Below are positions 17,777-33,177 of a stretch of 64,000 nt of DNA, in pieces. The notes under the pieces were generated by a model. It was not told where the DNA came from. It saw only the letters and a program-made list of their open reading frames with translations, and did no database searches. The translations under genes and the position numbers were made by a program. This DNA is from Eledone cirrhosa. Its lineage: Eukaryota. Positions within the stretch are counted from its first letter, which is position 1, and each line of letters begins with the position of its first letter. The DNA lies in NCBI GenBank assembly GCA_964016885.1, contig OZ024755.1:3534001-3598000 (forward strand), read 5' to 3'.

Positions 17777-17885
17777 CAAATGTATATATACTTATGTATG
17801 TATATAAGTATACGTATGTGTATATATATATATACATATATACATATATACACACATATACATATACATACATATACATATACAT

Positions 17886-17950
<65 letters not shown>

Positions 17951-18665
17951 TACATATGTATAAATATACTATACATATACATATGTATAAATATACTATA
18001 TAATATCTAAATATATATACACATAATTATTTATATTCTACTCCCTTTATTCTCCTATAGAACCTTCTATAACAATATTGTTGTGTACCAGAATCGTTAG
18101 AGCGTCTGACAATCTGCTACGGGATATGTGTTTTCGTTTTATGTTCTGGGATCAAATTTTATTTTTCATTTTTGTCTCAGGAAATAATCGCTGGACAAAA
18201 CAAAAGAAACAACGAGTAGACACAGGGGTGGACCTGAAGCAAGATGGTTGAATAACATCCATGAGCTCGGCTTGTGTAGCCTGGGGCATCCAGCCGGAGC
18301 AATTGGAGACGGTTGCTTCTGATAGGACCCGCTAGAAGTGGCGCTTGAAGACTCTTTTACCGGGATCCTCCTAGGAATAAATAGTCACAGTAGAAGATTC
18401 TCCCGCGGTCGATAAAATAATGTACCAGTCATGTAATGGGGTTGAATTATGGAGTAAGTTGGCAAAGAAGATAAGAACCTTCCGCGGTCGATAAAATAAA
18501 GTACCAGTCATGCAATGGGGTTGATTTACCTGACTGTCCCCTACCAAGGAATTACTGGTCTTGTTCTTAAAGTAGAAACCATACTATTGTAGATGAATCT
18601 TTGAGTGAATTTCATTAAATTTATAACAACTGCAGTTCACTGTTTCACTGCTGAAGTATAAATAT

Positions 18666-18819
<154 letters not shown>

Positions 18820-19243
18820 CATATATATATATATATATCTTACACACATATATATATATATATCATAAATCATGTCCTTAGAATTATTAGATAAAATATA
18901 TACCATTTCCTCTCCCAATTAGCATAATTAACCATATAAAAAATCAATTAGACCAGGCTATAAGAATAAAGGCTCCTATGAAGATATATTTGATAAATAA
19001 CCGAAAGTGGCCTCTTCGCGGTGACCCCAATAGAGTATTTACCCAACATTTCAACAGCATGTAGAATCTGACCAAATATACCGTCAACCATACACAATTA
19101 GGTGTAAATTTAAACTTAGAAGAAACGTGTACATACCGTAATTATATCTCTACCATGGTTTCGTCCGTATTTTTAGATATCCTACTGTTAGGATAAACCT
19201 AGAGTAACAGACTCACCAGGAGACAAACTCAGTTGGACAGTTA

Positions 19244-19277
<34 letters not shown>

Positions 19278-19349
19278 GCCTATACATACATACATACATA
19301 CATACATACATACATACATACATACATACATACATACATACATACACAC

Positions 19350-19380
<31 letters not shown>

Positions 19381-19487
19381 CACACACACACAAACACGGA
19401 CGTAAGAGAATATACTCAGTACTGAAGTAGAGATCAAGTATTCATCTAAAATGTCTACATAGGGAGTCTTGTTATTCTGGAGTCTCA

Positions 19488-19537
19488 TCTCGTCTGATGA
19501 GTCCGCCAGTGTGTAGCTGAAACTTGAGAGTAACATG
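19488..19537 (+). ncRNA. Degenerate hammerhead-like motif
   Basis: gt-CTGATGA-gtccgccagtgtgtagct-GAAAC ttgaga GTA-ac; related 3' half (aaacctagagtaacagactc) near 19196. Confidence 0.4.
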
Positions 19538-19796
19538 GCTCACTACTTATACATATTGAATGTACACACACATACAGAGAGTGAGAGAGAGAGAGACAGA
19601 GGCGGAGACAGACACACACTTCCACGCACACACACATAAATATTTGTACACATTGGCATACACATACATTCACATACATTATATATATATTATTATACAC
19701 ATACATTATTATATAAATAAAATATACATTGGCATACACATACAAACACATACATTATATATACATTATTATACACACACACACACACACACACAT

Positions 19797-19841
<45 letters not shown>

Positions 19842-19949
19842 CGTACAGACACACTGACACGCACACACACACATATATATTTGTTTCCTTGGTCCAATTT
19901 GATGAGTTCCACCTGACTCAGTAAGCCAATGAGATCTGGGATATAGTTG

Positions 19950-20065
19950 ATCGTTTAAGAAGTGGTTAAAGTCTTGGATTCTTGATCATAAGGTTGTGGG
20001 TTCGATTCCTGAATCAGAAAACGCGTTATGTCCTTGAGCAAGACACTTTACTTCACGTTACTCCT
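19950..20065 (+). mobile_element. Second tRNA-derived SINE family (CORE-like), 5' part
   Basis: ggttcgattcc B-box followed by tgtccttgagcaagacactttacttcac. Confidence 0.6.
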
Positions 20066-20237
20066 TTTACCAGGTGTTGCGACCGGTAGATAGTATCAGC
20101 AATGGAAAGATCAATGGAAACATTGGTTCCTTGGTCCCACCTGACCATCGATACCATTTCCGTTTCAATACCGTTCTCCCTGTATGTTTTTGAGAGAGGT
20201 ATTGTAATCTAGAACGATATTATTCAATATACGAAAG

Positions 20238-20430
20238 GGCGGTGGATTGACAGTATCGGTAGAGGGTCGGACGCCATGCCTTGCAGCAAAGAGTTACACC
20301 CCTTTATGGTCTGACTTCAAATCCCGCCGAGGTTAACTTTGCCTCTCATCCTTACGGGGTCGATAAAATAAAGTACCAGTAATACACTGGGATAATTGGT
20401 GGCCTTGTGCCAAAAGTAGAAACAATTATT
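20238..20430 (+). mobile_element. tRNA-derived SINE (same family)
   Basis: Same head, core and tail as 16066-16250; partial copies near 18405-18585, 24075-24225, 44545-44710 and 52135-52195. Confidence 0.9.
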
Positions 20431-20435
20431 AAATA

Positions 20436-20777
20436 TACGAGGGTAGGTTGAAAGGTGCATAAGCTGACCAAGATACTCTCATGGAATGACCACATGTGGT
20501 TTATTTTCCAGCATAGTCCATGGAAAGAAACAATGCATTTATTAATTAGAAGAGTTGAAATTAATGCATGCAAGATTTCACAGCTCTAGCATCACTCCAT
20601 AGGCTGAACAAGATACTCTCATGGAATGACCAAATGAGGTTTATTTTCCAACATAGTCCATGGAAAGAAACAATGCATTTATTAAGAAGAAGAGTTGAAA
20701 TCAATGTATGTAAGATTTCACAACGCTAGCATCACTCCCTCATAGGCTGACTATGAACTTTTCAGCAGATCCCCGTG
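20436..20777. mobile_element. Tc1/mariner-type MITE with duplicated interior
   Basis: tacgagggtaggttgaaa.. start; caagatactctcatggaatgacc unit present twice. Confidence 0.72.
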
Positions 20778-21341
20778 CTCTTTCTTTCTGCGAGATTTTA
20801 GAAATATGGCGGTTGTTTGGTTTATTTTTCACTCGTTGACTCAGACAGGAGTGTCCAGTCTAATGGATTTTATGCATCGATATAATGTAGTTGTGTCTGT
20901 TTAGCCCCAGGTCAGCTTTAATCGAGCGGAACTATGATGAAAGAAAATACTTACTAACCGTGACAACAGCCGTGTCTTTTCCTGACAGTTGATAATATCA
21001 GACTCTATTATCCAGCGTCTTTTTAAAAGACAGTAAAGGTGTGATTTGAGAAAGATTCTGGCTTCTCTTAGTAAAAGGTCGAACGATCAAGTAGAGTGTC
21101 TCTGATTGGCTGGTATATCGGTACAAGGTATATTGATTATAAATGAAACATTCATATAGTTAATAATACATTCTTTGCAGACCTAGACATATCGGCTGAC
21201 CCCTTCTTTATTAATGCTTCTCACAGATATTATTGGAAAGGAACAGAGAGAAAGAAAGAGGCGAGGAAGAAGAGGAAGAAGAGGAGAAATAGCAACCGAA
21301 ACACGAAATTAGATACACAGCAGAGCAGTTCGATTAAATAA

Positions 21342-21785
<444 letters not shown>

Positions 21786-21852
21786 TTTATCCCGGGTTCA
21801 ATCGGTGAGCCCTGTATAAGGCATTTCTATATTGAATACACACACACACACC

Positions 21853-21907
<55 letters not shown>

Positions 21908-21908
<1 letters not shown>

Positions 21909-22110
21909 TTAAAATGGAAGGAGAATAAGAAAAAAGCGAGAACGGGGGGGGGGAGTTTTCCTCATCAGTTGTCTACTGGGAGTCTCGGATATTTCAACAA
22001 TATCTTGTCTTTAAAGTGTTGAAATATCCGAGACCCCCAGAAGACAACTGATGAGGAAAACTCCCCCCCCCCTCGTTCTCGCTTTCTTCTTATTCTCATT
22101 CCATTTTAAG
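21908..22110. mobile_element. Palindromic (TA/GA)-flanked element, about 90-bp arms
   Basis: ttaaaatggaa..tcctcatcagttgtct..atatttcaaca / tgttgaaatat..agacaactgatgagga..ccattttaa. Confidence 0.8.
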
Positions 22111-22112
22111 CT

Positions 22113-22147
<35 letters not shown>

Positions 22148-22234
22148 CAGCACTATGTGTCAATAATTGTCACAAGTGTAGTGTTTGTACCAGAGTTTTC
22201 AAGTCGTGTATGTATATATGGACAGGCAGAGAAA

Positions 22235-23062
22235 AAGGTGATTATGGATGACTAAAAGTGATCCCAAACCGGAAACAGAATCCTTAATCTGTGCTGCTCA
22301 AGAACAACCACTAAGAACTAACTACATCAAGCATAGAATATACCACACAGCAGAAAGTGATAAGTGAAGAATTTGTGGCATGAATGGAGAAACTGTATGA
22401 CATATTACCAGTCAATGTATACTACTAGCGCAGAAAGAATATAAGAGACGTCACGATAACATAGCAACGATCGACCATTGGACACTTTGTGGTAAATATA
22501 CACTTGACAGAGCAGAAAGGTGGTACGAATATAACTGTGAGGGCGTTATCGACAATGATGGTGCAAAGATCCTGTGGGAGTTTGTGATACAGTGTGGCCA
22601 TAGGATTGGGCTTAACAGACCAGAGATTGTCCTAATTGAGAAAGAAAGCAAACAGTGTTGGATCATAAATATCATCTGTCCAGCTGATAACAAGGTATGT
22701 GATAAAGAAGGGGGAAAATGATAGATATGACAGGTTAGCTTGGGAGGTTAAGAAGTTGTGGTCACTGAAAAAGGTGGTGGTAATACTAATAATAGTTAGA
22801 GTCTTGGGAATAGTGAGTAGAGATCTTGAGTAGAGAACTTGGGAAGTGCATTAAAGAAATAGAGATTGCAATACCGATGGAACACTTAAAAAATAAGCAT
22901 TGCTTTGAACAGCTCGATTATTCCGGAGGGTACTTGGAAAATAAGGGTTGTTACCCCAGTTCACTGGTAGTGAACAGCTAACACTGTAATACATCTCCAG
23001 TGTTAGAAGCTGAGCGAAGAAACAACAACATCAACAACAACAGTAATAATAATAATGATAAT
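22235..23062 (+). mobile_element. 3' fragment of an R4/Dong-like non-LTR retrotransposon (zinc knuckle plus restriction-like endonuclease), pseudogenised
   Basis: Manual translation LWMTKSDPKPETESLICAAQEQPLRTNYIKH..DK*RICG..ETV*HITSQC..EYKRRHDNIA..HWTLC..KILWEF..NRPEIV; stops and a frameshift; ends in (CAA)/(TAA) repeats. Confidence 0.85.
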
Positions 23063-23377
23063 ATATAGAGAGAAAAGGGAAATAATTCTTTATAGTTATT
23101 TAGTTAGAGTGAAGTATATTAATAAATAAAAGAGATATTTAAAAACATATTTTCCTTTTCACGGCTTTTATAGAGAGTTTTCTTCACTTGTTTATTTGTG
23201 TATTAAAAGAAATGGGCTGTTGTGGAATGTTGCTTTATTAATTTATTAAATAAATACATTGATATTATGAAATAAAAACTGGCAGACGTTGTATTGTTTC
23301 ATGTTAAACATAGCAATATATGTTGAAGATAAACACTACGTAAATAGAAATGCATAGGTGTGTATGTGTGTGTGTGT

Positions 23378-23444
<67 letters not shown>

Positions 23445-23559
23445 TCTATGTGTATGTATGTATGCATATATGTATGTATATGTATGTATATGTATGTATA
23501 TAAATATATATATATATATGTGTATATATATATATATATACTTATATATATGAGTAGAG

Positions 23560-23647
<88 letters not shown>

Positions 23648-23702
23648 GTATGTATGTATATATATATATATATGTATGTATATATATGTATATATATATA
23701 TG

Positions 23703-23781
<79 letters not shown>

Positions 23782-23957
23782 ATATACATTCATATATACA
23801 TATATACACATACATCCCCACTTATATATATATATATGTGTGTGTGTGTGTACTTATACAAATATGTATATGCATATATGTACATATACACACAAACACA
23901 AAGTTATCTTGAGCTTGCTTGTATATTATATTATAGATATTAGGTTCAACGTATTAG

Positions 23958-24001
<44 letters not shown>

Positions 24002-24002
24002 T

Positions 24003-24035
<33 letters not shown>

Positions 24036-25566
24036 TAAAGTAAGATATATAAGACATTACTGTCTCTCGTCTTACTCTTGCTACCATTTGTTTACGAACG
24101 TCAGATAGAAGACTTTGTAACTTTCGTTTTGGCTCTCTGAGTTCAAAGACTGCGAAGGTCAACTTTGCGTTTCATCCTTTCAAGGTCGATAAAATAAGTA
24201 CCTGTCTAGTACTGGGGTCGATTCTTCCTCTATATATTTTTCTCACTTCCATTGTCTCGCACTCTCTATCTTTCTCTGGAAGAAATCTGCTGTACTCAGA
24301 CTTGGAGTATGCCCTAGAATAGTCGTATGTCACTACCGTGTCCCTACGACTTCCCCAGGGGTCACTGGACCATGCATACATAAAAGTTTAGTTAAATTAA
24401 TTATCCTCAGAATTTCATAAATATATTTTATTTATCAATTCCGTTGGCAGGGCAGATAAAACTCAATTGCTGTGAGATTCTAACTCAACAACAAGAAACA
24501 AAGTTATTTATCTTGAGATATTAATCCAACTCTCTTTCTATGCTAATAATCCTCTTTCTTTGTCACTTTAAATGAATAGATATTGAAGAAATCCTCCCGG
24601 ATATATGATAAAATTACACGATAGAAAAATAAAAATAAAAGAACTACTAAAACCTTTAACCCCCAGCCTTAATATTTCATGGGTGAAAGTTGTTTTTGTT
24701 GTGATAACTTCCTTCACGTAGTTGATCTAAGTATTAAAACTTTAGCTATATCCTGCATCCAGGGAATGTAAAAGAAAGTTTAAATTTTGAGTTAATAGAG
24801 CATGGAGAGGATATAAGTTTAATCTAACAGAATGAACGCCAGAGTAGAAAATATATTAACAAACAAAACTTATGAAATATTGAAAATATAAAAATTAATA
24901 TAAAATCTTAACATATTCAACAACGTCCACACCTTCCGCATTCCTCCCTACTCTCTCGAACACGTACAAACACACATATTTAAATAAACAATAGTCTTGT
25001 GGCTGGCTTGCGTGAACACATATAAACAAACACGTTATCATATTCGAAGAGACAAGACAACTAATATTTTAACATTTCTGTTGTCTTTCTTATTCATTCT
25101 TGATTCAAAATTCATAAATGTTTGCATCGAATTGTTTATAGAGAAAATTTAAACACAGCCATCTACATCCAATACAATTCATAAAAACACTGTTCCTAGC
25201 TGGGATTAAATTACATATTAGTAGAAGGCAATAAATGGACATCTGTAACTTTTGTTTCGTAAATTTACTATTGATTCTAACATGACAGAATCAATTTTGA
25301 AGCATCGCAATTTTCAACGTTAGTTATAGTTGTAAGACAGACAGACATATTATATTATATTTCAAAATGGCCGCTGAACATTTATAGTTGGGAGCGAAGA
25401 GAGACTAATGTTTAACGTCTGCTAAAGAAAATAGCTTATATACCATAGGCAATTTTACATCGTTGAATATTGATTTTGTTTGAGGCGTTAGAATTTTATT
25501 CATAATAAAAACAACAACTAAACAACTAAAAACACACACACACTATACACACACACACACACACAC

Positions 25567-25677
<111 letters not shown>

Positions 25678-25993
25678 ACATATATATACACACATATATA
25701 TATATATATATACAGAGAGATACATATATAAACATAAATGAATAAAACGATATTTATGATTATATAAAATAGATATCGCTTATTTGGAATTTTGTTTGAA
25801 GATATGATGTAGACGTTTCCTTGTAATCTTTTAAAATACCAATGATTGAAATTTGTTTTAGTTCTTTTCCTGAAATACAAATACAAATAAAATAAACCCT
25901 GTTTATTTGATAAAGCCGTGTACTTTTAGATGTCTGACGCTACAGATATCTACCACAGCAACAGCAACTATGGATAAAAATCGCAGAAGATCT

Positions 25994-26069
<76 letters not shown>

Positions 26070-26117
26070 ATATAAATATATATATATATATACACATATA
26101 TATATATATATTCATGT

Positions 26118-26166
<49 letters not shown>

Positions 26167-26989
26167 TTGGCTTAAAACGCCGCCTGTGTGTAAACCTCAC
26201 CCATACCATACCCCATCTGGTCCATACTTGTCTTTAGAGGAGTTCACATTGTTGGAAGTATTCTAACCCTCTCCCCTGCCGTCCGCCTTTCTTTTTCCTT
26301 GCAGACATTGATCCGCAGATAACTTCAATCTCAATAGACAGAGGGTTGGTGGATTGGCGCTGGGGTGCAGTTCTGTAAAGGATGTGTGCACTCCTATGAC
26401 TAAATAGTGAAAAGAAAATTAAAAACAAAATGAAAATCTTATAAGAAACGTAAGATTTTATATTGTTTTTAGATATAAATATATATTTATATTTAAGCAG
26501 TAAATATAAATATATATCCATATTTAACATATTTTAAAGCGTGTAAAGCAATTTTACTGTAGGAGGACATATTGCACTTCTTAACCAAAACTGACGAGAG
26601 CAATTCAAGATGGTAGGTTGAGAGTATTTGAAATAACAACTTGATGAATGGAGAAATACTTTGAACAAACTTTATTACAACTGCCTAAGGAACAAAGGGA
26701 TGGAAAAATCGGTAGTGCATGTGATTTATAATTCTCAATATGACACAACCAGATTCCGAATATATTTGATATTTGATTAGCTGGCTCCGTGGAAATTTCA
26801 TGGTTGTTGAAATCTCAAACATAATAATTACTCTGCCATATTGGTTATTTCAAAATTATCATTAACACAATTTATATATACAATTTAATAGTTTCTATTA
26901 TATATAATATAAGGCGGCGAATCGGCAAAGTTGACAGGTGACCGGATAGACTGGCGGTACACAGTTCAGCTCTCTGTTCTCTATATAAT

Positions 26990-27185
26990 ACTTAAGCGCA
27001 GAAATGCTTTAAAGATAGTTTATAAAATAGGGTGAAGATCATTAAAAGACTGAAAAATAAGTTACCATCGGCTGGTATCTCGGAGATATGTCAATTCCTC
27101 ATACTGGCCAATGGCGAGTTTTTTTCCGTCTTTAAGGGCCTTCACCCTATTTTATAAACTATCTTTATAACATTTCTGCGCTTCG
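26990..27185 (-). mobile_element. Old fold-back element with a decayed hammerhead between about 65-bp inverted arms
   Basis: Arms gcgcagaaatg..ataaaatagggtgaag / cttcaccctattttat..catttctgcgc; rc centre ccattggc-cagtatga-gga..tcc-GAGA-tacca-gccgatgg. Confidence 0.55.
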
Positions 27186-27335
27186 TTACCTTGTATGTAT
27201 TTATGTTGTCGAGTGTGATGCTGGTTGGTTGCATTTGATGTTCACTGGTGTTACTGGCAAGAAAAGAGGTGGTAGATTTGGTAGACTTGCTAGAGAAATT
27301 TATAAATTTGTTGTTTTGAAGCCAGAATGTTAGTA

Positions 27336-27397
<62 letters not shown>

Positions 27398-28097
27398 TCT
27401 ACGATGTCTCTGCTGTTGTTTTACATGTGTTTCTTCAATGGAGTGTAATTAAGAATTTTTGACGACTGTGTTACGATTGCAGAAACTTTTCCTGGGTTAA
27501 CATAATATGAAGGTTGTCTGTGACGATAACATTTTTTTATTTTAGTTCCATAAAATTGGTTTCAGTCTGTTAGTGTTATACCAAAATATGTCTAAACTAC
27601 TTGTCGTCTGTTAACATGCCTTTCTCCCGTGTAGGCTGTTGGAATTATTATATATTTTTTTTTATATTTATCACTTCACTTTATTATTTATATATTTATA
27701 ATTTTTATATATATTTATATATTTATAATTTTTTATATATTTATATATTTATAATTTTTTATATATTTATATATTTATAATTTTTTATATATTTATATAT
27801 TTATAATTTTTTATATATTTATATATTTATAATTTTTTATATATTTATATATTTACCTACTTTACAGTGGCCAATCTACACTCCCGAATTTTACCGCCTT
27901 ATGACAGATCACACTTGAGTATATATACATATATATAGCTCTAGAGTTATATATATGTACACCGATATATTTTCTACATACATGTATCATATATATATAT
28001 ATATATATACATATATGCATACATATATACGTATATAAATAAATACGTACATACATATATACATCCGTATGCATACGTATATGCTTGTATGCATGTA

Positions 28098-28188
<91 letters not shown>

Positions 28189-28269
28189 AAATTAAACTTC
28201 AGTCATAAATAAGGTATTCGGCTGAAAATAATTTCATTCTTTCCTTTTTTCTAGTCGAAGCTCATAAAA

Positions 28270-28302
<33 letters not shown>

Positions 28303-28720
28303 GTGTGTGATGTGATGATGGTGATGATGGTGATGATGGTGATGGTGACGATGGTGATCATCATCATCATCATGAATATCATGATATTGTGTTGGGGTTG
28401 GTGGTGTTTATATAGTCAATGGAGATGTTCACAGTCATAGCATCAATAATAATAATATTAATTAGGACAACAACAGCAACAACAGCAATAATAATGATAA
28501 TAATGATAATTATAATAGTAATACAAATAATAATAGTAATGATGATTATGATAATGATGATGATCTTGATGGTGATGGTGTTGATGATCATGATGACAAT
28601 GTTAATGATGATGATGATGGTGGTGATTATGATCGTGATTACGATGACGATAATGATGATGATGATGACGACGACTTTGATACCACTACCACCAACAACA
28701 ACACCACCACCACCACCACC

Positions 28721-28765
<45 letters not shown>

Positions 28766-29311
28766 AACAGTACAATATAAATAACACACAGAAATACGTC
28801 GCTTCGCCTTTAAAGTTTCTCTCATCATCAGACAGTTTTTTTTATATAAAAGTCGCCGGATGTTGTTGTTTTCGCCAGTCACTTAAAAAAAACAGCACAA
28901 ACACAGCACAAAAAACAGCACAAAAACAGCAAAAACACTGTACAAAAATACAATAAAAAGCAGCACAAAACAGCAAAAATAAAACAGCACAAAACAGCAC
29001 AAAAACAATAAAAATCAGCAAAAAACAGCAAAAAACAGCACAAAAACAATAAAAACAGAAAGAAAAGAGAAGATATTTACCTTTTATCTTTTGTCTGTGT
29101 TTTGTACCATTTTTATTTTAATGTTCATCTTATCTTTTCATCCAATATTTTGTCAGAGAAAAAAGAGAGAGAGAAATATATTGTTTGTTTTTTTGTTGTG
29201 TTTTGTTTCTTTTCCATTTTTTTTTTCATTTTTTTTCCATTTTTTTCATTTTTTTTTCATTTATTTCATTTTAGTACATCGTAGATCAATTTTTTTTATT
29301 AAATATATATT

Positions 29312-29385
<74 letters not shown>

Positions 29386-29639
29386 GGTATGTTATATATA
29401 TATATATATATATATATATAACATACCTATATATATATATATACATACATATATAAATATAAATATGAATATATATAAAACATACCTATATATATATATA
29501 GGTATATATATATTTATATATATATGTTTATATATATATATATAAATATATATATATAGACATACATATATTATATGCATCTCTCACACGGTCTTATACA
29601 TACACACACACACACATAAATAAATAAATAAATAAATAA

Positions 29640-29716
<77 letters not shown>

Positions 29717-29871
29717 AACCATCTATAATATCCTTCATTTTTATTCATTCTTTCTTTGTTTTGGGATATGCAATGTTTGTTTTTATTCAAATAACTATTT
29801 TCTTTCAGTGAATTTGTAAACAAAGCCAACCCACACAGAATAATAACAACAACAACAATAATAACAACAAC

Positions 29872-29918
<47 letters not shown>

Positions 29919-30537
29919 TTTCTTTATTGGCCACAAGGGCTGACATCAAGAAAAACATAATTTTAATAATATTTATAAGGAGTTCTAATCCAAATTACTA
30001 ATAGTAATGATAATAATAATAATGATAATGAATGCAAAAATTAAATCAAAATTTAATTGTATTAATATAATATAAATCATAACATAAAAACTATTATCAC
30101 CATCATCATCACCGTCATCATCATTATTATTATCATCATCATCATCATCATCATTATCATCATCATTATTACCACCACCATCATCACCGCCATCATCATC
30201 ATCAGCATCACTACCACCACCACCGCCACTATCACCATCACCATCACCATCACCATCGCCATCACCACCATTATTATTTTCTCTCCAATATTTGCCCCCC
30301 CCCCCTTCAATTTTATTTCAATTTCTCCTTTTATCCTGTAAAAACTAAAGAAATTTCCTTTTTTTAGTACTTTTTGTTCATATATATGTGTGTGTATGTA
30401 TGTGTATGCATGTGTATGTATGTGTGTATGTGTGTGTATGTGTATGTGTATGTATGTGTATGTGTGTGTGTATGTATGTGTGTATGTATGTGTGTATGTA
30501 TGTATATGTGTATGTATGTGTGTATGTGTGTATATCC

Positions 30538-30571
<34 letters not shown>

Positions 30572-30648
30572 GTTTATGTGTGTATGTGTGTGTATGTATA
30601 TGTGTGTGTGTATATGTATGCATATGTGTATGCATGTATGTGTGTGTG

Positions 30649-30689
<41 letters not shown>

Positions 30690-31187
30690 GTATGTGTATG
30701 TGTGTATCTGTATGTGTATATATGTATGTGTGTATGTATATATATATGTGTGTGTATGTGTGTGTATGTCTATATATACGTGTGAATGTATGTCTATATA
30801 TATGTGTGTATGTGTATATATGTGTGTATGTGTATATATGTATGTGTGTATGTGTAATTTACGACTGTTTTGTTGAACTATTCCGCTTGATAAACCCTAT
30901 TCTATCCAATTTCCCAGCAGTCCATTCGTTTTAGACTCCTACTTACAAGTTATTGAGTCCATCACTAACGAAACAGCTTTCGACTTATTGATTTATTTAT
31001 AGCACTATCTATCTATCTACCTGTCTATCTATCTATCTACCTGTCTATCTATCTATCTGCCTGTCTATCTACCTGTCTGTCTATCTATCTATAAAAATAT
31101 TTTACACGATTCTATGTAAAATACCCGGCATATGTCTTTGTATTGTCCCCTTTTCTTGTGCGCCCTTGTGGCAAATAAAGAAATCTC

Positions 31188-31244
<57 letters not shown>

Positions 31245-31306
31245 GTATATATATATAATATTTATATATATATATAATATATATATTTATTAAATTAACA
31301 GATTAA

Positions 31307-31357
31307 AGTTTAAGCAAAGAATCTGTGCTTTCACCTTTAACGGGATCTTCTGAAACT
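31307..31357 (-). ncRNA. Hammerhead-like ribozyme with variant CAGAAGA core (family B)
   Basis: rc: agttt-CAGAAGA-tcccgttaaaggt-GAAA-gca cagattctt tgc-TT-aaact; same core at 8816-8822 and 36938-36944. Confidence 0.62.
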
Positions 31358-31595
31358 AAAAAAGTCAATCTGTGAACGCAGAAGTAAATATTTCAAAAAA
31401 CGTTGCAACAGAAGGAAGAGAGGAAGACGATACTTAGGTTCGTGGAAATGTTCCCTGGCAAAGAACGAAAAAAAAAACGAAGATAATACGTCATTATTTG
31501 GAGCGGTGAGGACTATTACACGCAAAGACAAAACCACGTTTATAGTATAAATGAAGTCGTAGACTAACACATACATATATAGCTATATATAGCTA

Positions 31596-31696
<101 letters not shown>

Positions 31697-31907
31697 GTCT
31701 GTCTATCAATTTTCTTTTTCTCTTATTTTCACTGTCATGCTTTGCGTTCTTCTCCTTATAATAACTATCACTATCACCACTTCCACCCCATCATCCCCAC
31801 CTCCCCCATCATCCCATCATCTTCAATTCTCTTTATATATATATATATCTGTGTGTGTGTGTGTGTGCGTGTGTGTGTGTTGTTTGCTTTGTTGTTTCCG
31901 TTTACTT

Positions 31908-32036
<129 letters not shown>

Positions 32037-32331
32037 AACATACAACCAGTGCAGTCTTTATTTAAATAGAGAGTTCTAAGTTTCTGTAGCCGATGCTTTT
32101 ATAGACATTTTCTTTGTACTTTCGCCATTTTGCTATCATCTTTTCCCCTTTCTTGCTATCGATTTCTTCCAGCCTTCCTTCCAGTTCACTTCGATCTGTT
32201 ATTCAGAACCCCCCTCTCCCCTCCCCACTCACTCGTCCCTCTCTTGCATCTTTTCTTCTTCCGCTTTACCTCATCTTTTTTTTCATTTGACCAGCAAATT
32301 CAACATTATCTCTCTCTCTCTCACTCTCTCT

Positions 32332-32378
<47 letters not shown>

Positions 32379-32384
32379 TCTCAT

Positions 32385-32466
<82 letters not shown>

Positions 32467-32656
32467 TATACACACACACATATATATATATATACATTTG
32501 TGTGTGTGTCAGAGAGACAAAGTGTGAAAATGTGTGTGCACAAACATACATATAAACATAAATACACACACACACGTATATATATATATATACATATATA
32601 CATATATATATATATACGATATTAACAAATGGAAACTATATTTATAAAACTATATT

Positions 32657-32721
32657 TATTTCATTATACATATTTCAAGGACACCAAGTTAAATTATGGT
32701 GTGCTTTCATCAGATAAAATA
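32657..32721 (-). ncRNA. Type I hammerhead ribozyme (family C, inverted arm)
   Basis: Reverse complement of the 32843-32907 hammerhead, inside the fold-back palindrome. Confidence 0.75.
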
Positions 32722-32842
32722 TAATATAGATCAGTTTTATAAATAAATATTGACATACCCTTAAAAGAATGGAGCTTCCAACAGTAATGGTTGCATTCTT
32801 TAAGGGTTTGTCAATATTTATTTATAAAACTGATCTATATTA

Positions 32843-32907
32843 TATTTTATCTGATGAAAGCACACCATAATTTAACTTGGTGTCCTTGAAATATGTATAA
32901 TGAAATA
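32843..32907 (+). ncRNA. Type I hammerhead ribozyme (family C)
   Basis: tattttat-CTGATGA-aagcacacca..tggtgtcctt-GAAA-tatgta-TA-atgaaata; mirror copy on - strand at 32657-32721. Confidence 0.8.
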
Positions 32908-33037
32908 AATATGGTTTTATAAATATAGTTTCCATTTGTTAATATCGTATTTTTACTCCAAATACTTGTTGAGTGCTTTATATTAGTTATAAAAATATTT
33001 GCTAGTTGTATCCCAACAATTTAAATAGAACTCTTAC

Positions 33038-33177
<140 letters not shown>

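Larger units (their letters stand above)
32617..33037 (+). mobile_element. Family C fold-back element (about 150-bp arms) in (TA)n
   Basis: Arms at about 32617-32771 and 32795-32949, then a unique 3' body; single-arm copy at about 8266-8450 (-). Confidence 0.88.

Noticed and set aside
25363-25375. YY1-like aaaatggccgc possible promoter
   Set aside because: A single short motif with no supporting gene structure.
26287-26380. Candidate exon after tttctttttccttgcag
   Set aside because: Weak donor site, no recognisable peptide, no partner exons.
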